Assembly (NCBI GenBank): GCA_965230445.1
Contig: OZ246005.1
Span: 866,233-930,232, forward strand
Direction: 5' to 3'
DNA: 64,000 nucleotides
Source of the DNA: Roseibium sp.
Lineage (GTDB): Bacteria; Pseudomonadota; Alphaproteobacteria; Rhizobiales; Stappiaceae
The notes beneath the pieces were generated by a model. It did no database searches, was not told the origin of the DNA, and saw only the letters and a program-made list of their open reading frames with translations. The position numbers were made by a program, and so were the translations under genes. Of the stretch, positions 48,176 through 56,878 are shown one piece after another. Numbering within the stretch: position 1 is the stretch's first letter; each line of letters begins with the position of its first letter.

Positions 48176-49557
48176 TGTCTAATTCCGGCTCCTGCGTCAA
48201 GTCCTGAACCTTTTATCTTCCACCGGGCCCACGGTTGTCTTCGAAGTCGTCTCTTCGGAGCGCTTCATGATAGGGCCCTTTGGCTTTGGCCTCCCAAGGT
48301 ATAAGCCGCCCTTGCCGAATGTTTCGGCGTGGCATCCAACCGCGCGGGTTCGCCTTGGCCATCGTCCCGGTGGGGACGCCTCATCCGCTTTTTTGCGGAT
48401 CCTCGTCTTTGTCCTTTTCCTTGCTCTTTATGCGGTTGCCGCATCCCTGGCGGCTGCCGGGTTTTGCGGCCAGCGGAATGCTTCGCCGCTGGCAAGCATC
48501 TTGTGCAGGATCACAGCGAGCTTGCGCGCCAGCGCGACACACGCTTTCTTGTGAGAGCTGCGCTTTTTGATCCGGCGCGCCCAATCCTTGAGCGGGTGGG
48601 CCTTGCGCACCACGGTCAAAAGACTGCTGGCGGCCTCATAGAGCAAGCTGCGCAGCATCGCGTCGCCGTGCCTGGAAATGCGCCCGGACCAGTCCATCTC
48701 GCCCGACTGGTTGCGCCGCGCGGTCAGACCGGCATAGGCGCCGACAGACCGCGAGCTGGCAAACCGGGCCGGATCGTCGATCGTCGCAGCAAAGGCCAGT
48801 GCGGTCACCGGCCCCACGCCTGGCGCCGTCATCAACAACCGGCAGGCCGGGCTCTGCGCGGCCCGTTCCCGCACGTCCCGGTCCAGCTTGGCCAGGCTGG
48901 CCTCCAGCGCCGCGCGCGCCTCCAGTAAAGGCTTGACGATCCCTGACAGGGACGGCGCCTCCTGCAAAACCGCCCACACATGGTCCATGAACTTCGCAAC
49001 CCCCTTAGGCAGGCGGTGGCCGAGTGAGCCCAGGAGGCCTCTGAGGGCGTTGTCCGTATCCCGCCGCTGGCGCACAAGGTGCTGGCGCGCCTTCAGCGCC
49101 AGAAGATCCATCTGCGCCGCTTCGCTCTTCACGCTCACCGGGCGGCAGAAACCCGTGCGCGCAATCTCCGCCAGAAGCTCCGCATCGTTGGCGTCCGTCT
49201 TGTTATGCTGAAGCTTCATCACCGCATGCGCCTGACGCGCGTCGATCAGATCCGCCTCCACACCCAAACGGCCGAGACCCCGCACAAGCCAGTGTCCCCA
49301 AGTCCCCGTTTCCATCACCACACGCTCTGGGCAAAGGCAATGCTCTTTCAAAACCTGAAACAGCGTCTCCGGGGACGTGAGCGTCTTGCCGCGGGCAAGA
49401 ACACGACCGCAAGCGGCCTTCACGCAGAACGAAGTCTCTTCCTTCGAAACGTCAAATCCAACATACTCAGACATGCTCACTCTCCTTCAAAGCCTCTTGG
49501 GGCACTCCTATGCGACCCCGCATCATAGGCTCAGGAGAGTGGGCGCCGGAATTACGC
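48176..49557 (-). mobile_element. IS110-family (IS1111-like) insertion sequence
   Basis: Boundaries are inferred from the interrupted motif and from sub-terminal inverted repeats CTAATTCCGGC (48179..) and GCCGGAATTAC (..49555). About 1.38 kb. Short 5' leader (77 nt) and long 3' non-coding tail (252 nt). Confidence 0.75.
48428..49480 (-). CDS. IS110-family transposase/recombinase (DEDD RuvC-like plus Tnp domain)
   Basis: N-terminal YVGFDVSKEETSFCV (DEDD_Tnp_IS110) and a C-terminal domain with LLMTAPGVGPVTALAFAATIDDP. 350 aa. Confidence 0.9.
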   Translation of the reverse strand: MSMSEYVGFDVSKEETSFCVKAACGRVLARGKTLTSPETLFQVLKEHCLCPERVVMETGTWGHWLVRGLGRLGVEADLIDARQAHAVMKLQHNKTDANDAELLAEIARTGFCRPVSVKSEAAQMDLLALKARQHLVRQRRDTDNALRGLLGSLGHRLPKGVAKFMDHVWAVLQEAPSLSGIVKPLLEARAALEASLAKLDRDVRERAAQSPACRLLMTAPGVGPVTALAFAATIDDPARFASSRSVGAYAGLTARRNQSGEMDWSGRISRHGDAMLRSLLYEAASSLLTVVRKAHPLKDWARRIKKRSSHKKACVALARKLAVILHKMLASGEAFRWPQNPAAARDAATA

Positions 49558-49590
49558 TATGTATTATGCGCGTTTGGAGTTTCAAGATTC

Positions 49591-50133
49591 ATGACTGGTT
49601 TTGTTTCCGATCCGGTTTCTCCTGTTCGACCGATGCAGGCGGACGAGGCACGAGACGCCGTTCCCGAGTTGGGAAAACTCTTGAAAGCATGTGTCGAAGA
49701 CGGCGCGGGCATCGGTTTCGTTCTGCCGCTTTCATCTGAAAAGGCGGAGGCATTCTGGTCAGCGCGGGTATCCGCGATTGAACGTGGAGAGGCCTTTCTT
49801 CTTGCGGCACATCAGGACGGCACCATTGCCGGGGTTGTCATGCTGGTACCGGCACCGCAGGACAATGGCGGTCACCGTGCGGATGTCGCCAAGCTGATGG
49901 TCCATCCGGACCATCGCCGCAAGGGTCTTGGCAGCAAGCTGATGCGTGCCATCGATGGCCTCGCCCGGTCGCTGGACCGTTGGCTTCTGGTGCTCGACAC
50001 GGTGACAGGCGACCGGGCCGAACAGCTTTATGTGGCCTGCGGGTTTGTCAAAGCCGGCGTCATTCCCGACTATGCCCTGAACAGCCACGGTCAACTGGAT
50101 GCGACGACAGTGTTCTACAAGGATTTACGCTGA
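49591..50133 (+). CDS. GNAT-family N-acetyltransferase
   Basis: Acetyl-CoA binding motif A (VHPDHRRKGLGSKLM). Start set at the ATG at 49591, 34 bp from the IS110 end. Confidence 0.8.
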   Translation: MTGFVSDPVSPVRPMQADEARDAVPELGKLLKACVEDGAGIGFVLPLSSEKAEAFWSARVSAIERGEAFLLAAHQDGTIAGVVMLVPAPQDNGGHRADVAKLMVHPDHRRKGLGSKLMRAIDGLARSLDRWLLVLDTVTGDRAEQLYVACGFVKAGVIPDYALNSHGQLDATTVFYKDLR

Positions 50134-50146
50134 GGGCGTCAGCTAG

Positions 50147-50983
50147 GCTCAGGACCTATTAATTTGCATTTATCTGCGCGATGTGATTCAGGATGGCAAA
50201 GGGGTTTGTCATGTCTGATTTGTTTCTGCTCTCACTTGGCCAAATGTCGAAGATCGAGCCGTTCTTTCCAAAGTCGCACGGTGTTGCGCGTGTCGACGAC
50301 CGCCGGGTGATCTCGGGCATCATCTACGTGCTGAAGCACGGCCTGCAGTGGAAGGATGCACCCAAGGAATACGGGCCCCACAAGACGCTCTACAACCGCT
50401 TCCGGCGCTGGTCGGAAATGGGTGTTTTTGACAAGATATTCAGTCACTTGACTGCAGGCGACGGTCCGCCCGATACGTTGATGATCGATGCGACGCACCT
50501 GAAGGCTCACCGCACCGCGTCGAGCCTTTTAAAAGGGGGGTGCTTCCCCGCCATATCGGGCGCACGAAAGGCGGGTTGAATACGAAGCTGCATGCCGTGT
50601 GTGATGGTGAGGGACGGCCGCTCGCCATGTGCCTGACGGCCGGACAGGTCTCCGATCATGTAGGCGCCAGGATCCTGTACCCCGCCCTGCCTGAAGGCGG
50701 CAGCGCGACCATGATCGCCGACAAGGGATATGACTCAGACGAATACCGCGCAGCGCTTCAAGCCAAGGGTATTGCGTCTTGCATACCGCCGCGCAAGGGC
50801 CGAAAGGCACCAGCAGAATTCTGCAAAACCCAATACAAACAACGCCATAAGATCGAAAACATGTTTGGCAGGCTTAAGGATTGGCGCCGCATTGCTACAC
50901 GGTATGACCGCAGAGCAGATGTCTTCATGGCCGCAATAACAATCGCAGCTATCGTCATATGGTGGATTTAATGAGTCCTGAGC
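50147..50983 (+). mobile_element. IS5-family insertion sequence (two-ORF, frameshifting type), copy 2; a different member from copy 1
   Basis: TIRs GCTCAGGACCTATTAA and TTAATGAGTCCTGAGC. CTAG lies immediately outside both ends (50143..50146 and 50984..50987). Confidence 0.85.
50193..50971 (+). CDS. IS5-family DDE transposase, orfA-orfB joined by a putative programmed -1 frameshift
   Basis: orfA is 50193..50579 and orfB is in the -1 frame (listed ORF 50540..50971). The slippery run AAAAGGGGGG lies at about 50531..50540. orfB contains GRTKGGLNTKLHAV ... DKGYDSDEYR ... QRHKIENMFGRLKDWRRIATRYDR. Confidence 0.85.
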
Positions 50984-51339
50984 CTAGTCTTCGCAGAATT
51001 TGCGGGGCAATCCGTTTATCACCCAGGCGCAAATCAATTCTTCGTTTGGCGATCTGTCGACACGGCTTCCCGGAACCTGTCTGGATGAAAATGAAGCGCC
51101 GCAGCCCTGCATCCGCCCCCCGCATTGGCCGGCAGAGGAACTTGAATGGGGCGAAGTCCCTAAACGCTGGCGCGACTGGCTCGACCTGCGTTCGCAAAGG
51201 CCAGTGAAATGAGATGTGCAATTCGGCTGGCGGTATGAGTGATGCGCTGGATGGTGCGCGCTGCGGTTTCCGCTTCCCTTGGCCGAACTGCACCCGGGCA
51301 GCCAACCCGCTGCTGTGTCACACGCTGGAGGTAACGGAT

Positions 51340-53170
51340 GGGCAAAGGCCACGGACTGGATCCAGGCTCGGAGGCCGGGATGACGGCGGTGGGTGTGGCG
51401 CGGGATGACGGCGGTGGGTGTGGCAATTGCCGGGCCTGAACAACCAAGCGTCATCCCCGCCCCCGTGCGGGGATCCAATCATTCGCAGAGCGTTTGTGAA
51501 TTGAAGCCGGACCAGCCGCTGGCCGAAGTGCGTCGCTTTCGCCCTTTGCCACTTTGCACCGGGAATGGATCCCAGCACATTTCCGCTGCGCGGGGCGGGG
51601 ATGACGCCGGTGTGTATGGCACGGCCTTGCGTCCCCTTCACCCGTCATCACCGGACTTGGATAGCGGGTCCATACCGTTGCCGTGCCACAAGCAGACGCG
51701 GTGCAGTTCCGACAGGTCACGGAATGGATGCCAGATCGGCGTGCAGTGCCTGCATTTGTCTGGCATGACGACGGTGGCTGTGGCGCGGCTTGGTATCCTC
51801 CTCTGCCGTCATCCCGCACTTGATGCGGGATCCATACTGTTGCCGTGCCACAAGCAGACGCGTTGCAGTTCCGACAGGTCACGGAATGGATACCAGATCG
51901 CGTGCAGTGCCTGCACTTGTCTGGCATGACGATGGTGGGTGCGGCACGGCTTTGCATTCCCTTCAGCCGTCATCACCGGACTTGGATAGCGGGTCCATCC
52001 CGTTGCGGTGCCACAAGTAAATGGGGTCGTGGGAGGCGAGGGAACGGAATGGATCCCATAGTCAAGCAATGGGATGACGGTGGAGAGATTTTTCCCCTTT
52101 CAGCACCAACGCCGCCGCATGGTTTCCCATCGGCGTTTTGAGTGTTCGGGTTGCCCTGAAGGGCAGGATGGCGGGCGCTCCGGCCTTGCCGGGAACGCAA
52201 AGGAAATGTGGGAAGTGGCAAAGCGTTGACGCCCGCCCGGTATCCGTTTCCCGATGGCGAAAAGGAGTTGCGCCTTTCTCGTTTCTGCTTGGCTGAGCGT
52301 GGGGTGCGGCGCTCAACTTCGCCGGATACGAGACGCATCCCTTGAGAACCTGCGCGCCGGACCCCGCACAGCCTCCAAGGGTCTCCAGTTGCCCGGCAAT
52401 GCGGAAAAGTCCGTTACACTTTCCCGCCTGCCTCACGACACCGGTCCCCACCACCACGAACGGACGGTCCGACCCCGGCCCCGCATCGGTGGAAACGGGG
52501 CGGAGTGTACGGGAAGGGCGAGGGGCGTGGATAAGTTTGTTGTTTGTCAGGAGGGGCGTTTACCCTCTTCCCCCGCCATTCCAGACGGTCTGCAGCGTAG
52601 CTGCATGACCAGATCTGGAAACCAGACATCTGCGCACCGAAGGTGCTGCATGTTCCTTTGTTGCCTTGACATTAGAAACGGTGCTCGCTGCGCTCGCTCT
52701 GACCCGCTAGACTCCAGATCGGCGTACAGTTCCTGCACTTGTCTGGAGTGACGGAGTGCGTGGCGCGAGGCGCCATCGCGAGATCCGGCATCCAGACATC
52801 AGTGCGCCGAAGGCGCTGCATGTTCCCTTGTTGCCTTGGCTTTTGAAACGGGTGCTCGCTGCGCGAGCGCTGACGTGCTGGGCCCCAGATCAGCGCGCAG
52901 CCTTGCTGCACTTGTCTGTAGTGACAGCAGTTGAGCGCGGCTCCGGAGCCTGGACGCGGAAAGCCTTGCCTGTTCCTTCTCCCATAGGGAGAAGGTGGTC
53001 CGACGGACCGGATGAGGGGTGGCGGTCTCAGCAATTGGCAGGGCCGGCAGGTTTACCCCCTCACCCCAGCCCTCTCCCATTGGGAGAGGGGGACTTTTCG
53101 ATAGGCCTTGGCATACGCGCTCTACCGTCATCCGGCACTTGGATCCCAGTGCCAAGCAATGGGACGGCGG
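51340..53170. repeat. Gene-free nest of REP-like palindromes and two tandem-repeat blocks
   Basis: At least 9 copies, in both orientations, of a GTCATC(C/A)-hairpin-GGATCC(A) unit. Three tandem units of about 161-164 bp start at 51644, 51808 and 51969 (the last is partial). Two tandem units of about 169 bp start at about 52623 and 52792. Two CCCTCTCCC-N3-GGGAGAGGG-type hairpins lie at about 52980 and 53070. Confidence 0.85.
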
Positions 53171-53179
53171 CGGTAGCGC

Positions 53180-54052
53180 CTAACCTTGCTTCCGCCCGTC
53201 CTCAACCGCGTCGAGGATGAACCTCGGCAGGGCGAATGCTGCGGCATGAACTTCAGGGGTATAGTATTTCGTTTCGAAATCCGCCGCCTTGAACCGCTCT
53301 TCCAAAACCGCGACCGGGGTTTTGCGAAGTCCCTCATTGTCGGTCGCCCAGCCGAGCGTCATGTGGCCGCCGAAATAGGTCGGGATCGCGGCGATATAGG
53401 CGTGGGCGTCCTTGAAGATCCGGGTGAACCGTTCAACGCTGGTGACAAGCTCGTCCCGCTGCAGGAACGGCACGCCGTTCTGGGTGACCAGCACGCCGCC
53501 CGGTGTCAGCATGCGGTGGACATTGCGGTAGAACTCTTCGGAAAAAAGCACCGCGCCGGGCCCGTGCGGATCGGTGCTGTCAACGATGACCACATCGAAA
53601 CGGCGTCCAGTTTCGGCGGAAAACACCATGCCGTTGGCGATCACCAGTTCAAAGCGCGGGTCGTCGGTGACGCCGGTGTTGAATTCGCCGAAATGCTCCT
53701 TGGAGAACTCGACCACCGAAGCATCGATTTCCACCTGAACCAGTTTCTCGACGGATCTGTGCTTGAGCACTTCTTCCGCCAGCCCGCAGTCGCCGCCGCC
53801 GACGATCAGAACGTTTTTCGCCGCGCCATGGGCAAGGATCGGCACGTGGCTCATCATCTCGTGATAGATGAACTCGTCCGCTGTCGTTACCTGGGTGACG
53901 CCATCCAGCATCAGGACCTTGCCGAACACCGGGTTGGTGAACAGCACAAGATCCTGGTGCTCGGTCTTTTCCTGGTAAAGAATGTCACCGCAGGTGTAGC
54001 TGACCTGAACGCCCGGGTAGAGCGTTTCATTGAAGTTCAGCCCGTCGGTCAT
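53180..54052 (-). CDS. speE: Spermidine synthase (polyamine aminopropyltransferase)
   Basis: GKVLMLDGVTQVTTADEFIYHEMMSHVP, VLIVGGGDCG and DSTDPHGP motifs. The start ATG overlaps the speD stop (ATGA). The listed ORF extends artificially to 54355. Confidence 0.9.
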   Translation of the reverse strand: MTDGLNFNETLYPGVQVSYTCGDILYQEKTEHQDLVLFTNPVFGKVLMLDGVTQVTTADEFIYHEMMSHVPILAHGAAKNVLIVGGGDCGLAEEVLKHRSVEKLVQVEIDASVVEFSKEHFGEFNTGVTDDPRFELVIANGMVFSAETGRRFDVVIVDSTDPHGPGAVLFSEEFYRNVHRMLTPGGVLVTQNGVPFLQRDELVTSVERFTRIFKDAHAYIAAIPTYFGGHMTLGWATDNEGLRKTPVAVLEERFKAADFETKYYTPEVHAAAFALPRFILDAVEDGRKQG

Positions 54053-54618
54053 GCCTCCGCATCCCACGTGTTGGGACACTTGTGCGTGTTGGCAATGCGT
54101 TCGGCGATTTCCCGGCCGCGCAGCAATTCGGAAACCGCCGTCCGCTTTGCCTTGAAGGCATCGCGCAACACACCGACGCATTTTTCCGGCATGGCATCGC
54201 CGCACATGAAGACGTCGAATGCCGCGTAACCAGCTTCCGGCCATGTGTGCACCGAGATGTGGCTTTCCGCCAATACGGCGACACCCGAAACGCCTTCCGG
54301 CTCGAACGGATGCAGGTGAATGTGCAACAGGGTTGCGCCTGCCTCGTCGATGCACTTGCGCAAGGTTTCCTCGACATAGGGCAAGTCGTCGAGGCGCTCG
54401 GCATCGTACAGGTCGATAATCAAATGCGCACCAGCGCAGTGGACCCCATCCTTTTGGATGAAATGATCCAGGCGGTCGCCGGCCAAAACGGCCTTGGCCG
54501 CGGTGAATACTTCTTCTTCCTTCTGGGTGGTGCTTCTTGGCTCGGCAACGTCAAAGACGTCTTCTGCAACACGAGCCTCCAAGTCCATCCCCAGTTCGAA
54601 GAGGGCGTTGCTTTCCAT
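54049..54618 (-). CDS. speD: S-adenosylmethionine decarboxylase proenzyme (pyruvoyl-dependent, SpeH/SpeD-type)
   Basis: VLAESHISVHTWPE is the self-cleavage (E-S) motif. Start set at the ATG at 54618 (MESNALFEL). Confidence 0.85.
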   Translation of the reverse strand: MESNALFELGMDLEARVAEDVFDVAEPRSTTQKEEEVFTAAKAVLAGDRLDHFIQKDGVHCAGAHLIIDLYDAERLDDLPYVEETLRKCIDEAGATLLHIHLHPFEPEGVSGVAVLAESHISVHTWPEAGYAAFDVFMCGDAMPEKCVGVLRDAFKAKRTAVSELLRGREIAERIANTHKCPNTWDAEA

Positions 54619-54789
54619 ATCGCTCTCCCAAACCAGCAGATGTACCCGGTGTCTATCCGGAAGCGGTTCAATACATGCAAAGCCGCATCTTCTCAATGGA
54701 AAAATCCGGCTTTTCTGTTTACATCCTGCAGATCAGCCATGCAGCAAGCAGGTGGCTGGAAAATATTAGCTGGCTAATTATATAATCTG

Positions 54790-55392
54790 TTGAGCGGGTT
54801 GGCAAAAATGGTGGAGATCTTAACTCTGACCGGCGAAAAGCTGGCGACAAACCTCGATGGCCTCGCGCGCCTCAGGATCGAAGTCTTCCGCGCCTGGCCC
54901 TACCTCTACGACGGTTCGCCCGCCTACGAGGAGAAATACCTGGCGCGCTATGCCGAAACGGAGGGCGCCGTGATCGTCGGCGCCTTTGATGGTGACCGTC
55001 TGGTGGGCGCGGCAACCGGGGAACCGCTTGGCCGCGAACTGGAGGCGTTCAAGGCCCCCTTCAAGGCGCGCGGCCTTGATCCGGACCGGATCTTCTATCT
55101 GGCTGAATCCGTTCTCGAACCGGCCTACCGGGGGCGGGGGCTGGGGCACCGGTTCTTTGAGGAACGCGAAGCCCATGCCCGCAGGCTGGGCTATGCCGAA
55201 GCGGCCTTTTGCGGGGTGATCCGGCCCGGCGATCACCCGCTACGCCCCAAGGACTATGCCCCGCTCGATCCTTTCTGGAAAAAGCGGGGTTATCAGAAGC
55301 TGGACGGGGTGATCGTCACCTTTCCCTGGACGGATATCGGCGAGACACGGGAAAGCGGCAAGCCGATGCAGGTCTGGCACAGGGCGCTATAA
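54790..55392 (+). CDS. GNAT-family N-acetyltransferase
   Basis: Motif A (YRGRGLGHRFFEE). The start is uncertain: TTG at 54790 or ATG at 54808. Confidence 0.75.
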   Translation: MSGLAKMVEILTLTGEKLATNLDGLARLRIEVFRAWPYLYDGSPAYEEKYLARYAETEGAVIVGAFDGDRLVGAATGEPLGRELEAFKAPFKARGLDPDRIFYLAESVLEPAYRGRGLGHRFFEEREAHARRLGYAEAAFCGVIRPGDHPLRPKDYAPLDPFWKKRGYQKLDGVIVTFPWTDIGETRESGKPMQVWHRAL

Positions 55393-55417
55393 GGTTCCCC
55401 AAAGAACGCCTTCCACA

Positions 55418-55791
55418 TTAGGGCCTGTGGGGATTTAGGATTTGGATCGCGGTATCGATGGAAATCGTTCGGATCTAAAGCGTTCTCGATTTGAATTGAA
55501 CCACTTAGCGCTGCCTGAAATCAAAGATTTCAACGCGCCAAGTGGTGCTTCTGTTTCTGCAGCAATCGAAACGCTGTAGAAGCAATGGCGCTGGAAAGGC
55601 CATTCCTTTTCAAGACATTGCGCCGTGGAGCCGGGCGATTTTCATCATATCCCTTGCGGGACGCGGCGCTTTTGGCCCCGGATGGCGTCAGAGAGCCCTT
55701 ATGGAGGTTACTCCATGGCAGTCTCTCTTCCTGATCCGCGGCCAAAAGCGTCTCGCGCCGCGACCGAAACCTAATTCCCCACAGGCCCTAG
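55418..55791 (+). mobile_element. MITE-like element, copy E (full length)
   Basis: TTAG-GGCCTGTGGGGATTTAGGATTTGGATCGCG ... CCTAATTCCCCACAGGCC-CTAG. Near-identical to copy A. Confidence 0.8.
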
Positions 55792-55812
55792 TTTGCACAG
55801 TCCTGGGCGGCC

Positions 55813-56574
55813 TCACTGCGTCAGCGACCAGGTGATCGTCACCGACGCGCTTAAGGTGTTCTCGCCGGCTTCAATCGGCACCGGTGCGGATTCTGCCGCC
55901 ATGGCGCGCATCATCATCATCGGCCGGGGCTGCGATATGCCGGTTTCGGAAATCGCCATAACAGACCCAAGTTGCGCGCCGGCGGCCTCGGCGAATAGGG
56001 TGGCCTTGCGTTTTGCCGCGTCGACGGCGTTCCGGCGCGCCTCGTCCATTTTTTCGTCCGGTTCGCTGACTTCAAAGGATATGCCGTCGACTGCATTCGC
56101 ACCGGAGCGAACGACGGTATCAAGCAGTGGCCCGAGCTTGTCCAATTCGCGCACGTTGATCGACACGCCATTGCGCACTTCATAACCGGCAATTCGCGGC
56201 GGGGCGTTGTCCTTGGTGTGGTCATAACGCGGATAGATCGAAAAGCCGCTGGTCTGGATGTCGGCGGGCGCAATCCCGGCCGCCTTGATTTCGGCAATGA
56301 CATTGGTGAGTTGTTCGGTGTTGCGGGCCAGCGCATCGGGCGCGGTTTCGGCCTGCGAGACGACACGCGTCGTGACGACGGCCATGTCCGGCGGCACCGA
56401 TACGGAACCGGTGCCCTGCATGGTGATGGTCCCGGAGCCGGACGTGGCGCTGACCGGCGGCTTGCCATCCGCACTGTGGGCCGGGACTGCCGCGGAAACG
56501 CCCAAAAGCGCAAGTGCCGCGATGCGCAAAAGCGCAAAGGTGGAAAAGCCATAGGGCCGGGAACGTGGCATCAT
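55813..56574 (-). CDS. SIMPL-domain (DUF541) periplasmic protein
   Basis: Signal peptide, then TITMQGTGSVSVPPDMAVV...; the family is typically annotated as a 26-kDa periplasmic immunogenic protein. Confidence 0.8.
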   Translation of the reverse strand: MMPRSRPYGFSTFALLRIAALALLGVSAAVPAHSADGKPPVSATSGSGTITMQGTGSVSVPPDMAVVTTRVVSQAETAPDALARNTEQLTNVIAEIKAAGIAPADIQTSGFSIYPRYDHTKDNAPPRIAGYEVRNGVSINVRELDKLGPLLDTVVRSGANAVDGISFEVSEPDEKMDEARRNAVDAAKRKATLFAEAAGAQLGSVMAISETGISQPRPMMMMRAMAAESAPVPIEAGENTLSASVTITWSLTQ

Positions 56575-56782
56575 AATCGGGATCCTTGATAAATTGATGC
56601 CGTGAGAATTGCGCGCGATTGCGGCGCTGCCGTGACCGGCAACCGGTCCGGCCCCTGCAGCCGGATAGTGTCTTTTTCACAAGCCTTTTGGCGGTGCTTT
56701 GGCCAATTTGCTTGCCGTTTGCGCGCGCGATGGTATAGGGAATTTCCAGACGCGTCCGCCGCTCCGCACCGGCAGCCGCCAA

Positions 56783-56859
56783 GGGCCTGTAGCTCAACTG
56801 GTTAGAGCCGTCCGCTCATAACGGATTGGTTGGGGGTTCGAGTCCCTCCGGGCCCACCA
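56783..56859 (+). tRNA. tRNA with CAU anticodon (elongator Met or lysidine-modified Ile2; features lean towards Ile2)
   Basis: A manual cloverleaf fold gives acceptor GGGCCTG/CGGGCCC, D arm GCTC-AACTGGTTA-GAGC, anticodon arm GTCCG-CTCATAA-CGGAT, T arm GGGGG-TTCGAGT-CCCTC, and an encoded CCA. The acceptor resembles tRNA-Ile and carries C4-G69/C5-G68, which are TilS determinants in E. coli. Confidence 0.9.
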
Positions 56860-56878
56860 TCTTCCTTTTGTCCAGCCC

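Noticed and set aside
51000-51212. 70-aa ORF directly after the second IS5 element (…PHWPAEELEWGEVPKRWRDWLDL…)
   Set aside because: It has no RBS and no recognisable family. It could be a relic, but I cannot support it as a gene from sequence alone.
51340-53170. Possible CRISPR array
   Set aside because: The repeats are long (about 160-170 bp units) or occur in both orientations. There are no uniform 25-40-bp direct repeats separated by unique spacers of similar size, and no cas genes are in the window.
53186-54229. 347-aa ORF on the plus strand
   Set aside because: It is antisense to speE, which has clear spermidine synthase motifs.
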